Source: Candidatus Hydrogenedentota bacterium (lineage in GTDB: Bacteria > Hydrogenedentota > Hydrogenedentia > Hydrogenedentales > JAEUWI01). Taken from it: a stretch of DNA of 64,000 nucleotides. Below, piece after piece: positions 44,175-52,856 of the stretch. Below the pieces are notes generated by a model. That model made no database searches. It was not told the DNA's origin and worked only from the letters and a program-made list of their open reading frames with translations. Positions within the stretch are counted from its first letter, which is position 1; every line of letters starts with the position of its first letter. The translations under genes and the position numbers were made by a program. Location: the NCBI GenBank assembly GCA_034669905.1, contig JAXMOL010000009.1, positions 1 to 64,000 on the forward strand. Direction: 5' to 3'.

Positions 44175-46047
44175 GAAATCTGCCAGCCGCCGCCGACTCG
44201 AATACTACAATGAAGAGCTTCAATACCTCCGTGAAGTGGGGGAAGTCTTCGCAAAAGAAAATCCCAAAGTCGCCGGGCGCCTCGGGCTGGAATCCTTCGA
44301 GTGCGCCGACCCCTACGTGGAGCGACTACTGGAAGGTGTGGCATTCCTGACCGCCCGGGTGCGCATGAAACTCGACGACGAGTTTCCCAATTTTACCCAG
44401 AGCCTGGTCGAGACCGTCTACCCCCATTATCTCTGCCCGACACCGTCTATGACCATGGTGCAGTTTCAGCCCGATTTCGCCGAGCCTGCGCTGGATGAGG
44501 GCGTCGTGGTGCCCAAGAACACCGTCATTCGGAGTGGGGGCGGTATTGGCGATGATTTCTCCTGCCAGTATCGCACGGGGCACGATGTGACCCTCTGGCC
44601 CATCTCCCTGGTGGAGGCCCAATACTACACCCGCGAAATAAACTCTCTGGGGCTCCCCGAGCGCCGCGATATGGCCGCGGGCATCCGCCTTCGCCTGCGC
44701 ACCATGGGCGGGCAGCTCTTCAGCGATATTGACCTCAATCGCCTGAATGTGTACATCCGCGGTGGGGGCGATGTGGGCGCCCGGCTCTATGAGGCTATTT
44801 TTTCCCATGGCGTCGGTGTGGTGATGCGACCTGCCACCGATCCCGTGCCCTGGCAGCGGACCCTTTCGGCAGAGCGTATTCGTCAGGTGGGTTTTGATGA
44901 CAAGGATTATCTCCTGCCTTACGGCTCCCGCTCTTTCCAGGGCTATCGACTGCTCCACGAGTATTTCGCTTTTCCGCAGCGCTACATGTTCTTTGAAATT
45001 GGCGGTCTCGGTAAGTATCTGGGCAATGTAATCGCCTCCGAAGTCGATGTATTTATTCTCCTGAAGCAGGGCGATGTGCGGCTTGAGAACGAGGTGGGCC
45101 CGTCCAACTTCGTGTTGAACTGTACGCCCGCCGTCAATCTCTTTCCCATGGAACCCGATCGGGTGGATGTTTCCGACACCCAGTCCCGTTTTCACATTGT
45201 GGGTGATCGGACGCGCCCCCTGGACTACGAAGTTTACCAGGTGAACCAGATTACCGGCTACGGAACCCAGATGGGGGACAAGCAGGTCTTTGAACCCTTT
45301 TATTCGGCCAAGGGCTACGACGCGGAGAGCCGGGCCTACTTCACAACCTATCGCATGCCACGGCGTCTTTCCGAGCGTGAACTCAATCACGGTACCCGCT
45401 CCGGCTATGCCGGCAGTGAGGTGTACGTGTCCCTCGTTGATGCTAACGCGGCACCCTATCGCCCGGATATACGACAGCTCTCGCTCCAGACCCTTTGCAC
45501 CAACCGTGACTTGCCCCTCTTGATGCAGACGGGTATTTCCAATTCCGATTTTGTCATGGACCTGAATGCCCCGATTGAAGGCATTCGCGTTGTGGCCGGG
45601 CCCACGTCGCCCCGGGCGTCTCTGGCGGAAGGGCCCTACACGTGGCGGGTCATCAATCACCTGTCACTCAATTATCTTTCCCTGATGGATACCGAAGAGG
45701 GGGATGCGGCAGCGGCCTTGCGCGAGTTGCTCGGGCTCTATGGCAATGTCTCCGATCCCGGCACACGAAAACAGATTAACACCCTGCAGCGTGTGCAGAG
45801 TGCACCCATTACACGTCGTATTCACGGACCCGGACAAATCGCCTTTGCCCGCGGCCTGGAAATCCTGATTACCATGGACGAAGAGTCCATCGAAGGGGCC
45901 GGTTCATTCCTGCTCGGTGCCGTACTTGAACGGTTCTTTGCGAAACACGTTTCCCTGAATTCCTTCACGGAGACCGTCATACAAACCCCGGAACAAGGAG
46001 AGATCAAGCGTTGGCAAGCGAGAATGGGACAGCGGAAGCTGGTATAA
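44167..46047 (+). CDS. tssF: T6SS baseplate protein TssF
   Basis: YYNEELQYLRE, DPYVERLLEG, YPHYLCPTPS, GYRLLHEYFAFP, CTPAVNLF, CTNRDLP and SLNSFT. Confidence 0.97.
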   Translation: MDKKSASRRRLEYYNEELQYLREVGEVFAKENPKVAGRLGLESFECADPYVERLLEGVAFLTARVRMKLDDEFPNFTQSLVETVYPHYLCPTPSMTMVQFQPDFAEPALDEGVVVPKNTVIRSGGGIGDDFSCQYRTGHDVTLWPISLVEAQYYTREINSLGLPERRDMAAGIRLRLRTMGGQLFSDIDLNRLNVYIRGGGDVGARLYEAIFSHGVGVVMRPATDPVPWQRTLSAERIRQVGFDDKDYLLPYGSRSFQGYRLLHEYFAFPQRYMFFEIGGLGKYLGNVIASEVDVFILLKQGDVRLENEVGPSNFVLNCTPAVNLFPMEPDRVDVSDTQSRFHIVGDRTRPLDYEVYQVNQITGYGTQMGDKQVFEPFYSAKGYDAESRAYFTTYRMPRRLSERELNHGTRSGYAGSEVYVSLVDANAAPYRPDIRQLSLQTLCTNRDLPLLMQTGISNSDFVMDLNAPIEGIRVVAGPTSPRASLAEGPYTWRVINHLSLNYLSLMDTEEGDAAAALRELLGLYGNVSDPGTRKQINTLQRVQSAPITRRIHGPGQIAFARGLEILITMDEESIEGAGSFLLGAVLERFFAKHVSLNSFTETVIQTPEQGEIKRWQARMGQRKLV

Positions 46048-47060
46048 GAAACCGTCTCGCCCGACAGCCCGGCTCGGCAAATTTTTTCCAGGCCATCCGG
46101 CGACTGCAGGGCGAAGAGCCCGGTAAGGCCTTCGTTGGTTTCTCGCACCATCTCCAAGACGATATCGTTCGTTTCGGGCAGAACTTGGGCTTGACCTTCG
46201 AGTCGTCCCCCGTGGAGCGTTTTCTCGAGGATCCGGAGAGTGACGCCCCGCCCAAGATGAGCGTCAATTTCATGGGGCTTCTGGGGCCGGGCGGGCCCCT
46301 GCCGCTCAATATCACGGAATCGCTCTACGAACGGCTGCTCCATGATAAGGATCGGGCGCATCCAGAGTTTCTGGATGCCCTTCAGACCCGCGTTATTTCG
46401 CTCTACTATCGGGCCTGGGCCGAGTGCCAGGCGACCGCGTCGTATGAGCGCACCCGCAATGGTTCCTTTTCCAAGTACGTCTCCAGTCTGGTGGGTATCG
46501 GCTCTGAGAGTTTCATCGAGCGCGATTCTATTCGCGACGATGGCAAGCGCTATTATTCGGCCTGGCTCGCGATGCAGACACGAAACTCCGAAGGGCTATG
46601 TGCCATTTTAGGGGAGTACTTCGGGGTGCCGGCCACGATCGAGCAGTTCGTGGGGCAGTGGATAGACATTCCACAGGATTGCTGCTGTCGTCTGGGAGAA
46701 ACCCGCAGCACCGGTAAGGTTGGCCAGAATCTTATCCTGGGCAGTCGCTATTGGGACCGACAACAGAAATTTCGGGTGCGTCTTGGTGCCATGGATTGGG
46801 AGCGCTATCTCAGCATGTTGCCATCGGGAGACCGGTTGGAGCATTTGATCGATTGGGTGCGAAACTATGTCGGGGAAGAACTCGAGTGGGATGTGTGCCT
46901 GATTCTCAAGCGGGAGGAAGTGCCCCAGACTTGTCTGGGCAGGCAGGGCCAACTTGGCTGGACGACCTGGTTGAAGCGGGAGGATACCACCTTTGACCAC
47001 GATCCGGAAGATCTTCGGATGGACCGAACGACCCTGGTCGCCTGGTTCAGACAGTTGTAA
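46011..47060 (+). CDS. tssG: T6SS baseplate protein TssG
   Basis: FFQAIRRL, FMGLLGPGGPLPL, SLYYRAW, EQFVGQW and LGWTTWL. Confidence 0.95.
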   Translation: MASENGTAEAGIRNRLARQPGSANFFQAIRRLQGEEPGKAFVGFSHHLQDDIVRFGQNLGLTFESSPVERFLEDPESDAPPKMSVNFMGLLGPGGPLPLNITESLYERLLHDKDRAHPEFLDALQTRVISLYYRAWAECQATASYERTRNGSFSKYVSSLVGIGSESFIERDSIRDDGKRYYSAWLAMQTRNSEGLCAILGEYFGVPATIEQFVGQWIDIPQDCCCRLGETRSTGKVGQNLILGSRYWDRQQKFRVRLGAMDWERYLSMLPSGDRLEHLIDWVRNYVGEELEWDVCLILKREEVPQTCLGRQGQLGWTTWLKREDTTFDHDPEDLRMDRTTLVAWFRQL

Positions 47061-47142
47061 AACGTTCCATGTGCGTATACAGTAGGTAGGGTAATCATCG
47101 CAGCGTCTGCAGAAGCAGTGATTTAAATTGAGTGGGTGAATA

Positions 47143-49269
47143 ATGGCTAGAACACAGGATACACGTTGGGCGAGTATTGAAACGCCCCTCGGGAAAGATG
47201 TACTGCTTTTTCGCCGCATGACCGGCGTGGAAGAGTTGGGGCGCATCTTCCAATATGAGCTCGAACTCTGCAGCGAGAATGACAACATCACATTCGACGA
47301 TATCATCGGGCAGAATGTCACGATTCGTATGAACTACACCGATTCGGATGCCCGTTTTATCAATGGCATCATAAGCCGATTCTCGCGCACCCAGGAAGTC
47401 GAAGATCTCACTTACTACCAAGCGACCATTGTTCCCAATCTCTGGTTTCTCACCCGCACCAAAGATTGTCGCATCTACCAGAATATGGATGCCGTCGCCA
47501 TCGTCAAAGATGTGCTGAAAGAAATGGGCATTACCGATGTCGAATACAAGCTCGGCAGTACGACCTATCCCACGCGGGAATTTACGGTCATGTATCGGGA
47601 GTCCTATTTTAATTTCATTTCCCGTTTGCTCGAGCAAGAGGGCATTTACTACTACTTCAAACACGAAGACGGGAAGCATACCCTGGTCCTGATTAATGCC
47701 AGCAGCCTCCATGAAGCCCAACCCGATTTTGAGGAGATGGAGTTCAATCCCCGTGATGCGGGATCCACCGATCAGGACAGCATCTACTACTGGGTCGAAA
47801 TGGGACTCTTTGAAAGCACCAAGTTCTCCTACGCCGACTACAGCCTGGAGACGCCCAAGAACATCATGTTTGGCGAGTCGGAAGTCGCGCGAGGCTATGC
47901 GAAAGATCATCTGGTCCGCTTTGACTACCCCGGGCGCTATTACGAGGCGGGCGACGCCACCAATTACGCCAAATATCGGGCCGAGGAATTTCAGGCCGAC
48001 TACCAGACCTTCAAAGGCGAGTGCATCATTCGTGGTGCGGCGTGCGGCGCCCTCTTCGCCATGACCAATTATCCCCTGGAATCACAAAACACGGACTATA
48101 TCATTACGTCCACCACCATCAATGTCGTAGGTGAAGATTACACGTCGAATCCGGTACAGGAGCAAAAGCTTGACCCCTTCAAATGTTCCTTCACCGCCAT
48201 TCGGAAAACGGAACAGTTCCGCGCCGAGAGTATCACGCCCCTCCCCTTTGTCCACGGGCCCCAAACCGCCATTGTGGTGGGGCCCTCGGGGGATGAGATT
48301 CACACCGATGAGTATGGGCGTATCAAAGTCCAGTTTCACTGGGACCGCTACGGAAACTCCGACGAGAACAGCTCGTGTTTCATTCGGCTCGCGCAAAATT
48401 GGGCCGGGAAAAACTGGGGGGCTGTGACCCTGCCCCGTATCGGGCAGGAAGTGGTTGTGGAGTTTCTGGAAGGAAATCCCGACCGTCCCATCATTATTGG
48501 CTCCCTGTATAACGCCGATAACAAGCCGCCCTATGCCCTGCCCACCAACATGACCATGACCGTCATGAAGAGTAACTCGAGCAAAGGGGGAGAGGGCTTC
48601 AATGAGATCCGCTTTGAGGACAAGAAAGACAGCGAACAGATCTTTGTCCACGGTCAAAAGAACTTCGACAAGCGGATTTTGAATGATTCTTTCACCTGGA
48701 TCGGTAACGATCACCACCTGCAGGTGGTCAACGACCGGAAAGAAAAAGTTGATAATGATAAACATGAAACGGTGGGCCGTGACCATATCGAAGTTATAGA
48801 GCGGGACCACAACCTCACCATCAAGGGGAAAGAGGCTATCAAGATTACGGATAGTCACAGCCACACGGTGGAAGGGGATGTTATTCAGGTCTACAAGAGT
48901 AACCACTCGGAAGAAGTGACCGCCGATTACTACCTCAAGGGCGATAATATCTGTATCGAAGCCGCCACCAATCTCACCATCAAGGTGGGGGACTCCTATA
49001 TCGCCATTGAATCCAGCGGTATTACCATTGGAACGACCGGTGATATCGAGTTGCTGGCCGATGGCGACATCACCAGCGAGTCGGGTGGGGATACCAAGGT
49101 GACGGCCGAGGGAGACGTCAATGTGACGGCCACGGGCGATCTCAATATGGAATCCACCGGCAATACCGCCATCGCTGCCACGGGTACGGCGGAAATGTCC
49201 GGTAGTTCTACCACCGTAAGCGGTGACGGCAACCTGACGCTCGAGGGCGGCATGGTAAGCATTAACTAA
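47143..49269 (+). CDS. vgrG: T6SS spike protein VgrG (no C-terminal effector extension)
   Basis: YRESYFNFISRLLEQEGIYYYF, GPQTAIVVG, DEYGRIKVQFHWDR, PRIGQEVVVEFLEGNPDRP and NEIRFEDKK. It ends in gp5-like beta-strand repeats (...GGMVSIN). Confidence 0.97.
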   Translation: MARTQDTRWASIETPLGKDVLLFRRMTGVEELGRIFQYELELCSENDNITFDDIIGQNVTIRMNYTDSDARFINGIISRFSRTQEVEDLTYYQATIVPNLWFLTRTKDCRIYQNMDAVAIVKDVLKEMGITDVEYKLGSTTYPTREFTVMYRESYFNFISRLLEQEGIYYYFKHEDGKHTLVLINASSLHEAQPDFEEMEFNPRDAGSTDQDSIYYWVEMGLFESTKFSYADYSLETPKNIMFGESEVARGYAKDHLVRFDYPGRYYEAGDATNYAKYRAEEFQADYQTFKGECIIRGAACGALFAMTNYPLESQNTDYIITSTTINVVGEDYTSNPVQEQKLDPFKCSFTAIRKTEQFRAESITPLPFVHGPQTAIVVGPSGDEIHTDEYGRIKVQFHWDRYGNSDENSSCFIRLAQNWAGKNWGAVTLPRIGQEVVVEFLEGNPDRPIIIGSLYNADNKPPYALPTNMTMTVMKSNSSKGGEGFNEIRFEDKKDSEQIFVHGQKNFDKRILNDSFTWIGNDHHLQVVNDRKEKVDNDKHETVGRDHIEVIERDHNLTIKGKEAIKITDSHSHTVEGDVIQVYKSNHSEEVTADYYLKGDNICIEAATNLTIKVGDSYIAIESSGITIGTTGDIELLADGDITSESGGDTKVTAEGDVNVTATGDLNMESTGNTAIAATGTAEMSGSSTTVSGDGNLTLEGGMVSIN

Positions 49270-49283
49270 AGGAGAAACTCGGC

Positions 49284-49829
49284 ATGCCCGATCCCAAAGA
49301 TGGCGAGGCCGGATCCGCGGTGGAGCCGGCAGAGGCCGTTGCGCCGGAGTTGGCCGACGAAGCCGATCCGGGGGCCGTCGCGGAAGTAAAAGCAGAGCAA
49401 ATCGAGGCGCAGACCGGTAAATACGGCACCCAGAAGGTGTCTCCCTATAAGCCGCCCACGGCGGAAGAGCAGCAGGCCGAGGCGAAGAAAGAAGAGAAAA
49501 AGAAAAAGAAGCAGGAAAAGAAGAAGACCGAGGCCGACGAGGAAGTTTCCGAAGAAGCGGCGGAGGAAGAGGCCCTCTTTGAATCCGTAGCCGTGATACA
49601 GGAATCGGCCGTGCAAGTGACCACCGATTGGATCGAGATCGAGTTGGTCGGGATGGATGACAGTCCGGTCGCCGGCATGCCTTATGAAATTACCTTGCCC
49701 GACGGAAAAACGGTCGATAAGGGTACCCTCGATGCCAAGGGAAAAGCGAAATTAATTGGTCTTACATCGGGCGATTGCCAGATTAGCTTCCCGGAACTGG
49801 ACCAGGCCGCCTGGGAAGAGATCGTCTGA
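49284..49829 (+). CDS. VgrG-associated protein with a charged linker and a C-terminal transthyretin-like beta-sandwich
   Basis: Starts 14 bp after vgrG with an AGGAG RBS. C-terminal WIEIELV...PVAGMPYEITLPDG...GTLDAKGKA. Confidence 0.6.
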   Translation: MPDPKDGEAGSAVEPAEAVAPELADEADPGAVAEVKAEQIEAQTGKYGTQKVSPYKPPTAEEQQAEAKKEEKKKKKQEKKKTEADEEVSEEAAEEEALFESVAVIQESAVQVTTDWIEIELVGMDDSPVAGMPYEITLPDGKTVDKGTLDAKGKAKLIGLTSGDCQISFPELDQAAWEEIV

Positions 49830-49899
49830 GCCAGAATCGTAATGTAAATATGAGAAATACCTTGACATGCGCTATTGGTCGCTGTGTACCATGGGTGAC

Positions 49900-49933
49900 G
49901 ATCCCGCGGCGGAGAATTGCGGGATCCTGTTTT
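49900..49933 (+). terminator. Probable terminator between the tail genes and tssJKLM
   Basis: GATCCCGCGG-cggagaa-TTGCGGGATC followed by CTGTTTT. Confidence 0.45.
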
Positions 49934-50053
49934 GATTATTACGGATAACGGCCTTTTTGGGAGGGCCACCCGGGCTGCGCATTCAGGGCTTTTGAGGTCG
50001 AAACAGTTGCGTCGGGTTTTGTGAAGGAGAACAGGTTGTACCGCTGGGCTTGC

Positions 50054-50662
50054 ATGACGACATTGAAGTATGGGGAAGGGATTCCCTCCGGGACTGCCCG
50101 TGCCGTCTTGACGGGTGCCCGACTGCTGTGCCTGCTGACCCTCCTGGCCGTTTCGGCCGGGGCGGTGAGTGGCTGTGCGTCGAAAAAACGGGATGCCTTC
50201 AACGTGAAACTGACCATGGATGTGGATTCTTTCCGAAATCCGCAAACGGGTGAGTTGCCGTCTATCGACGTCGATGTCTTTGCCGCCAATGCCTCGGAAG
50301 AGGGTGTCTTAAAGACCCTTAAGGTTCGAGAATATTTCGATACCGATAATCCCTATCGGGACGGAGTGGATGCCTTCAGTACCCGCTTTACCAACCAGGA
50401 TATCACCCCCAAGAAACTTTCCCGCCGGAGCCACTATTGGAAAGGCTGGAAGCGGAAGGGGGCCAAATCCATCTATATTATTGCGAACTTGCCCGAGCGC
50501 CCGGGGGAAAATCCCGAGTTGGTGCAGACCCGCTCGGTGTTGGCACTGCCGCTGGACCGCAAACTCTGGCCCAACGGATTCTTTACCCCACGTACCCGGA
50601 CCCTGAAGATTCTTATTCTGCCCAGTGGCCTGGTGAGTGAGACGACCCAGCGACGCCAATAG
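50054..50662 (+). CDS. tssJ: TssJ-like T6SS lipoprotein (divergent)
   Basis: Hydrophobic signal ending AVSGC, position directly before tssK-L-M, and IYIIANL. Sequence similarity is weak and the start is uncertain. Confidence 0.55.
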   Translation: MTTLKYGEGIPSGTARAVLTGARLLCLLTLLAVSAGAVSGCASKKRDAFNVKLTMDVDSFRNPQTGELPSIDVDVFAANASEEGVLKTLKVREYFDTDNPYRDGVDAFSTRFTNQDITPKKLSRRSHYWKGWKRKGAKSIYIIANLPERPGENPELVQTRSVLALPLDRKLWPNGFFTPRTRTLKILILPSGLVSETTQRRQ

Positions 50663-50747
50663 GCGAATGCTGAAACGACGCCAAGGAAATCGACTGGCTT
50701 AAGGCTGCCCCCGGCAGCGGCGAGCGCGAAGATAGAGAAAGACAGCG

Positions 50748-52124
50748 ATGACGCAGCATATACACTGGCATGAAGGGCTCTTCCTGCAGCCCCACCACAT
50801 GCAGCAGATGCAACAGAACATCATCACCCAGATCCGCGCCGAGCGCCGGCTGGGTTTTGCCTTTGGCTATGGCGTCATTGAATCCGAACTCTCGGAAGAT
50901 TCCCTGCGCAATATGCTGGTGCAGTTCAAACACCTCCGCGTTATCATGCCCAGTGGCCAGGAAGTGGAATATCCCGCCAGTTCCGACTTGCCCCCACTGA
51001 ATATTCAGAGTTCGTTTGATGCGGGGGCCGAGTCGGTTACCGTCCTTGTCGGTGTGCCCCTCTGGGACGCCAACGGGGCCAACGTCGTGCCCAATGACAG
51101 TGCGGACGGATGGCGCAGCCGACGCATCTATAAGCTCGACGAAATCGAGCGTCCCGATGAAAACACAGGCGTCCATTCGCACCCCATGCTCGTGCGGCGG
51201 GTGAATGCCCGGTTGCTCTTGAGCACCGATGATATCGGCGGACTGGAAGTCTTGCCCCTCGTGCGGATTACCCGTTCCACCGCCGATAGTGCGGGGCTGC
51301 CCTCGCTCGATCCCAATTTTATTCCGCCGTGTATGCTGATCCATGGCTATACCCCCTTGCTCGCCATCGTGCGGGACCTCTCCAATCAGGTCGATGCCAA
51401 CCGCCGTGACCTGGTGACCCGCGTGTCCCGTGGAGGGACCCGGGGGGAGACGGCGCGGGATTCAAAGTTTCAATCCGAGCATATCTTCTTCCTGCAGACC
51501 CTCAACAAATACAGCGGGCGTCTGGCTTCGCTGGTCCGCGCCCCGGGCATCACGCCCTTCGACACCTATTTGACGCTGCGTGACCTGCTGGGTGAATTGG
51601 CAACCCTCGTGCCGGGCTATGACGTTATGGAAGTAACCCATTACGATCATGATCGTCCGGCCGTTGTCTTTGGCGAACTGAGCGACAAGATTCGTGAATT
51701 GCTCCAACTCATTGCCAACCAGAAATTCCGCCGGGTCGAATTCCAGGAAGACGACGAATTCTTCGTGGCCGACCTCAGCGCGGTCGATCTCAGCGAGGCC
51801 TCGGTGTGCTACCTGGCCGTGGAGACCGAGGAAGACCCCCGGACCCTCGTCAAGCTCGTGGAGGCGCAGGACCGCTTCAAGGCCATGGCCAAGAGCAATA
51901 TCCACCAGCGCGTGCGCGGCCTTACCCTGCGCGAAGAGCGCGAGGTGCCCCTCGACCTGCCCGCGCAGCCCGGACTCCATTACTTCCGTATCGAGCAGGA
52001 AGACAATAGGGCCCTGTGGCGACGTATCATCGTGGAGAATGCCATGGCGATCCGCTTCACCGTTTCCGAACCGGTGGACTACAAGTTTACCCTCTACACC
52101 ACCTATACCGACGGGGGCGAGTAG
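50748..52124 (+). CDS. tssK: T6SS baseplate connector TssK
   Basis: IHWHEGLFLQPHHMQQ, LDPNFIPP and YDHD. Confidence 0.93.
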   Translation: MTQHIHWHEGLFLQPHHMQQMQQNIITQIRAERRLGFAFGYGVIESELSEDSLRNMLVQFKHLRVIMPSGQEVEYPASSDLPPLNIQSSFDAGAESVTVLVGVPLWDANGANVVPNDSADGWRSRRIYKLDEIERPDENTGVHSHPMLVRRVNARLLLSTDDIGGLEVLPLVRITRSTADSAGLPSLDPNFIPPCMLIHGYTPLLAIVRDLSNQVDANRRDLVTRVSRGGTRGETARDSKFQSEHIFFLQTLNKYSGRLASLVRAPGITPFDTYLTLRDLLGELATLVPGYDVMEVTHYDHDRPAVVFGELSDKIRELLQLIANQKFRRVEFQEDDEFFVADLSAVDLSEASVCYLAVETEEDPRTLVKLVEAQDRFKAMAKSNIHQRVRGLTLREEREVPLDLPAQPGLHYFRIEQEDNRALWRRIIVENAMAIRFTVSEPVDYKFTLYTTYTDGGE

Positions 52125-52127
52125 ACC

Positions 52128-52850
52128 ATGACCCTGGTAGAGCTGACCGAGCCGCTTTTCCTCTATGTGGGCTGTCTGACCCGCGCAGCGGAGCACAACA
52201 TCCAATTTGAAGTGGAACAGGTGCGCCGGGAAATTGTCAGCATTTTCGCGGAGATGCGTATCAAGGCCGAAGCCCACCCGGCCTTGGCCTACCAGTATGA
52301 CCGGACGATTAACCTGGCCCTCATTTTCTACGTCGACTTTATGATTAAAGAAAGCGACCTCAATATCGCCGATGAATGGGTCGAGCTGGCTTTTGACGAA
52401 CAAGAGCTTGCCGGCGACGAACAGTTCTTTGACCTGCTCGAGCAGACCCTGGCGCAGAATACGGAAGTTGCCCTCCAGCAGCTCACCGTTTTCCGTGAAT
52501 GCCTCCGACTGGGATTCACCGGTTGTTATGCCGACGACTGGAAGTATATCCGGCAGAAACACTCCGACATCGACAATAAGGTATTTGGCGAGCGCTTTGA
52601 GCTATCGGCGCAACTTACGCCCACGGCCTATGAGCATGTGGAAGACAAACCCCTGCCCTTTCGTACGTTGAAGCGATTCAAGTTCGTGCGCTGGGCCATG
52701 GTCGTCCTTATTTTTCTGGTGGTGGCCGTGAATATTGGCCTCTACTATGTGAGCTCGGGCGCCCTGCGCCAGACGCTGAAAGAAATCCAGGAAACCGCGG
52801 AAACGGGCGCGGCCCACGCGATTAATCCTGCCGCTGCGAATAAGGAGTAA
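52128..52850 (+). CDS. tssL: T6SS membrane protein TssL (DotU family), no OmpA domain
   Basis: ALIFYVDFMI, AGDEQFFDLL and CLRLGFTG, with a single C-terminal TM. Confidence 0.9.
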   Translation: MTLVELTEPLFLYVGCLTRAAEHNIQFEVEQVRREIVSIFAEMRIKAEAHPALAYQYDRTINLALIFYVDFMIKESDLNIADEWVELAFDEQELAGDEQFFDLLEQTLAQNTEVALQQLTVFRECLRLGFTGCYADDWKYIRQKHSDIDNKVFGERFELSAQLTPTAYEHVEDKPLPFRTLKRFKFVRWAMVVLIFLVVAVNIGLYYVSSGALRQTLKEIQETAETGAAHAINPAAANKE

Positions 52851-52856
52851 GTACGC

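Noticed and set aside
49260..49290. Possible frameshift or readthrough joining vgrG to the next ORF
   Set aside because: There is a clean TAA, a good AGGAG RBS with ATG, and no slippery run, so they are best read as two genes.
49862..49892. TTGACA...TACCAT as an internal promoter for tssJKLM
   Set aside because: The spacer is 19 bp and a terminator-like hairpin follows. It is possible but too weak to call.
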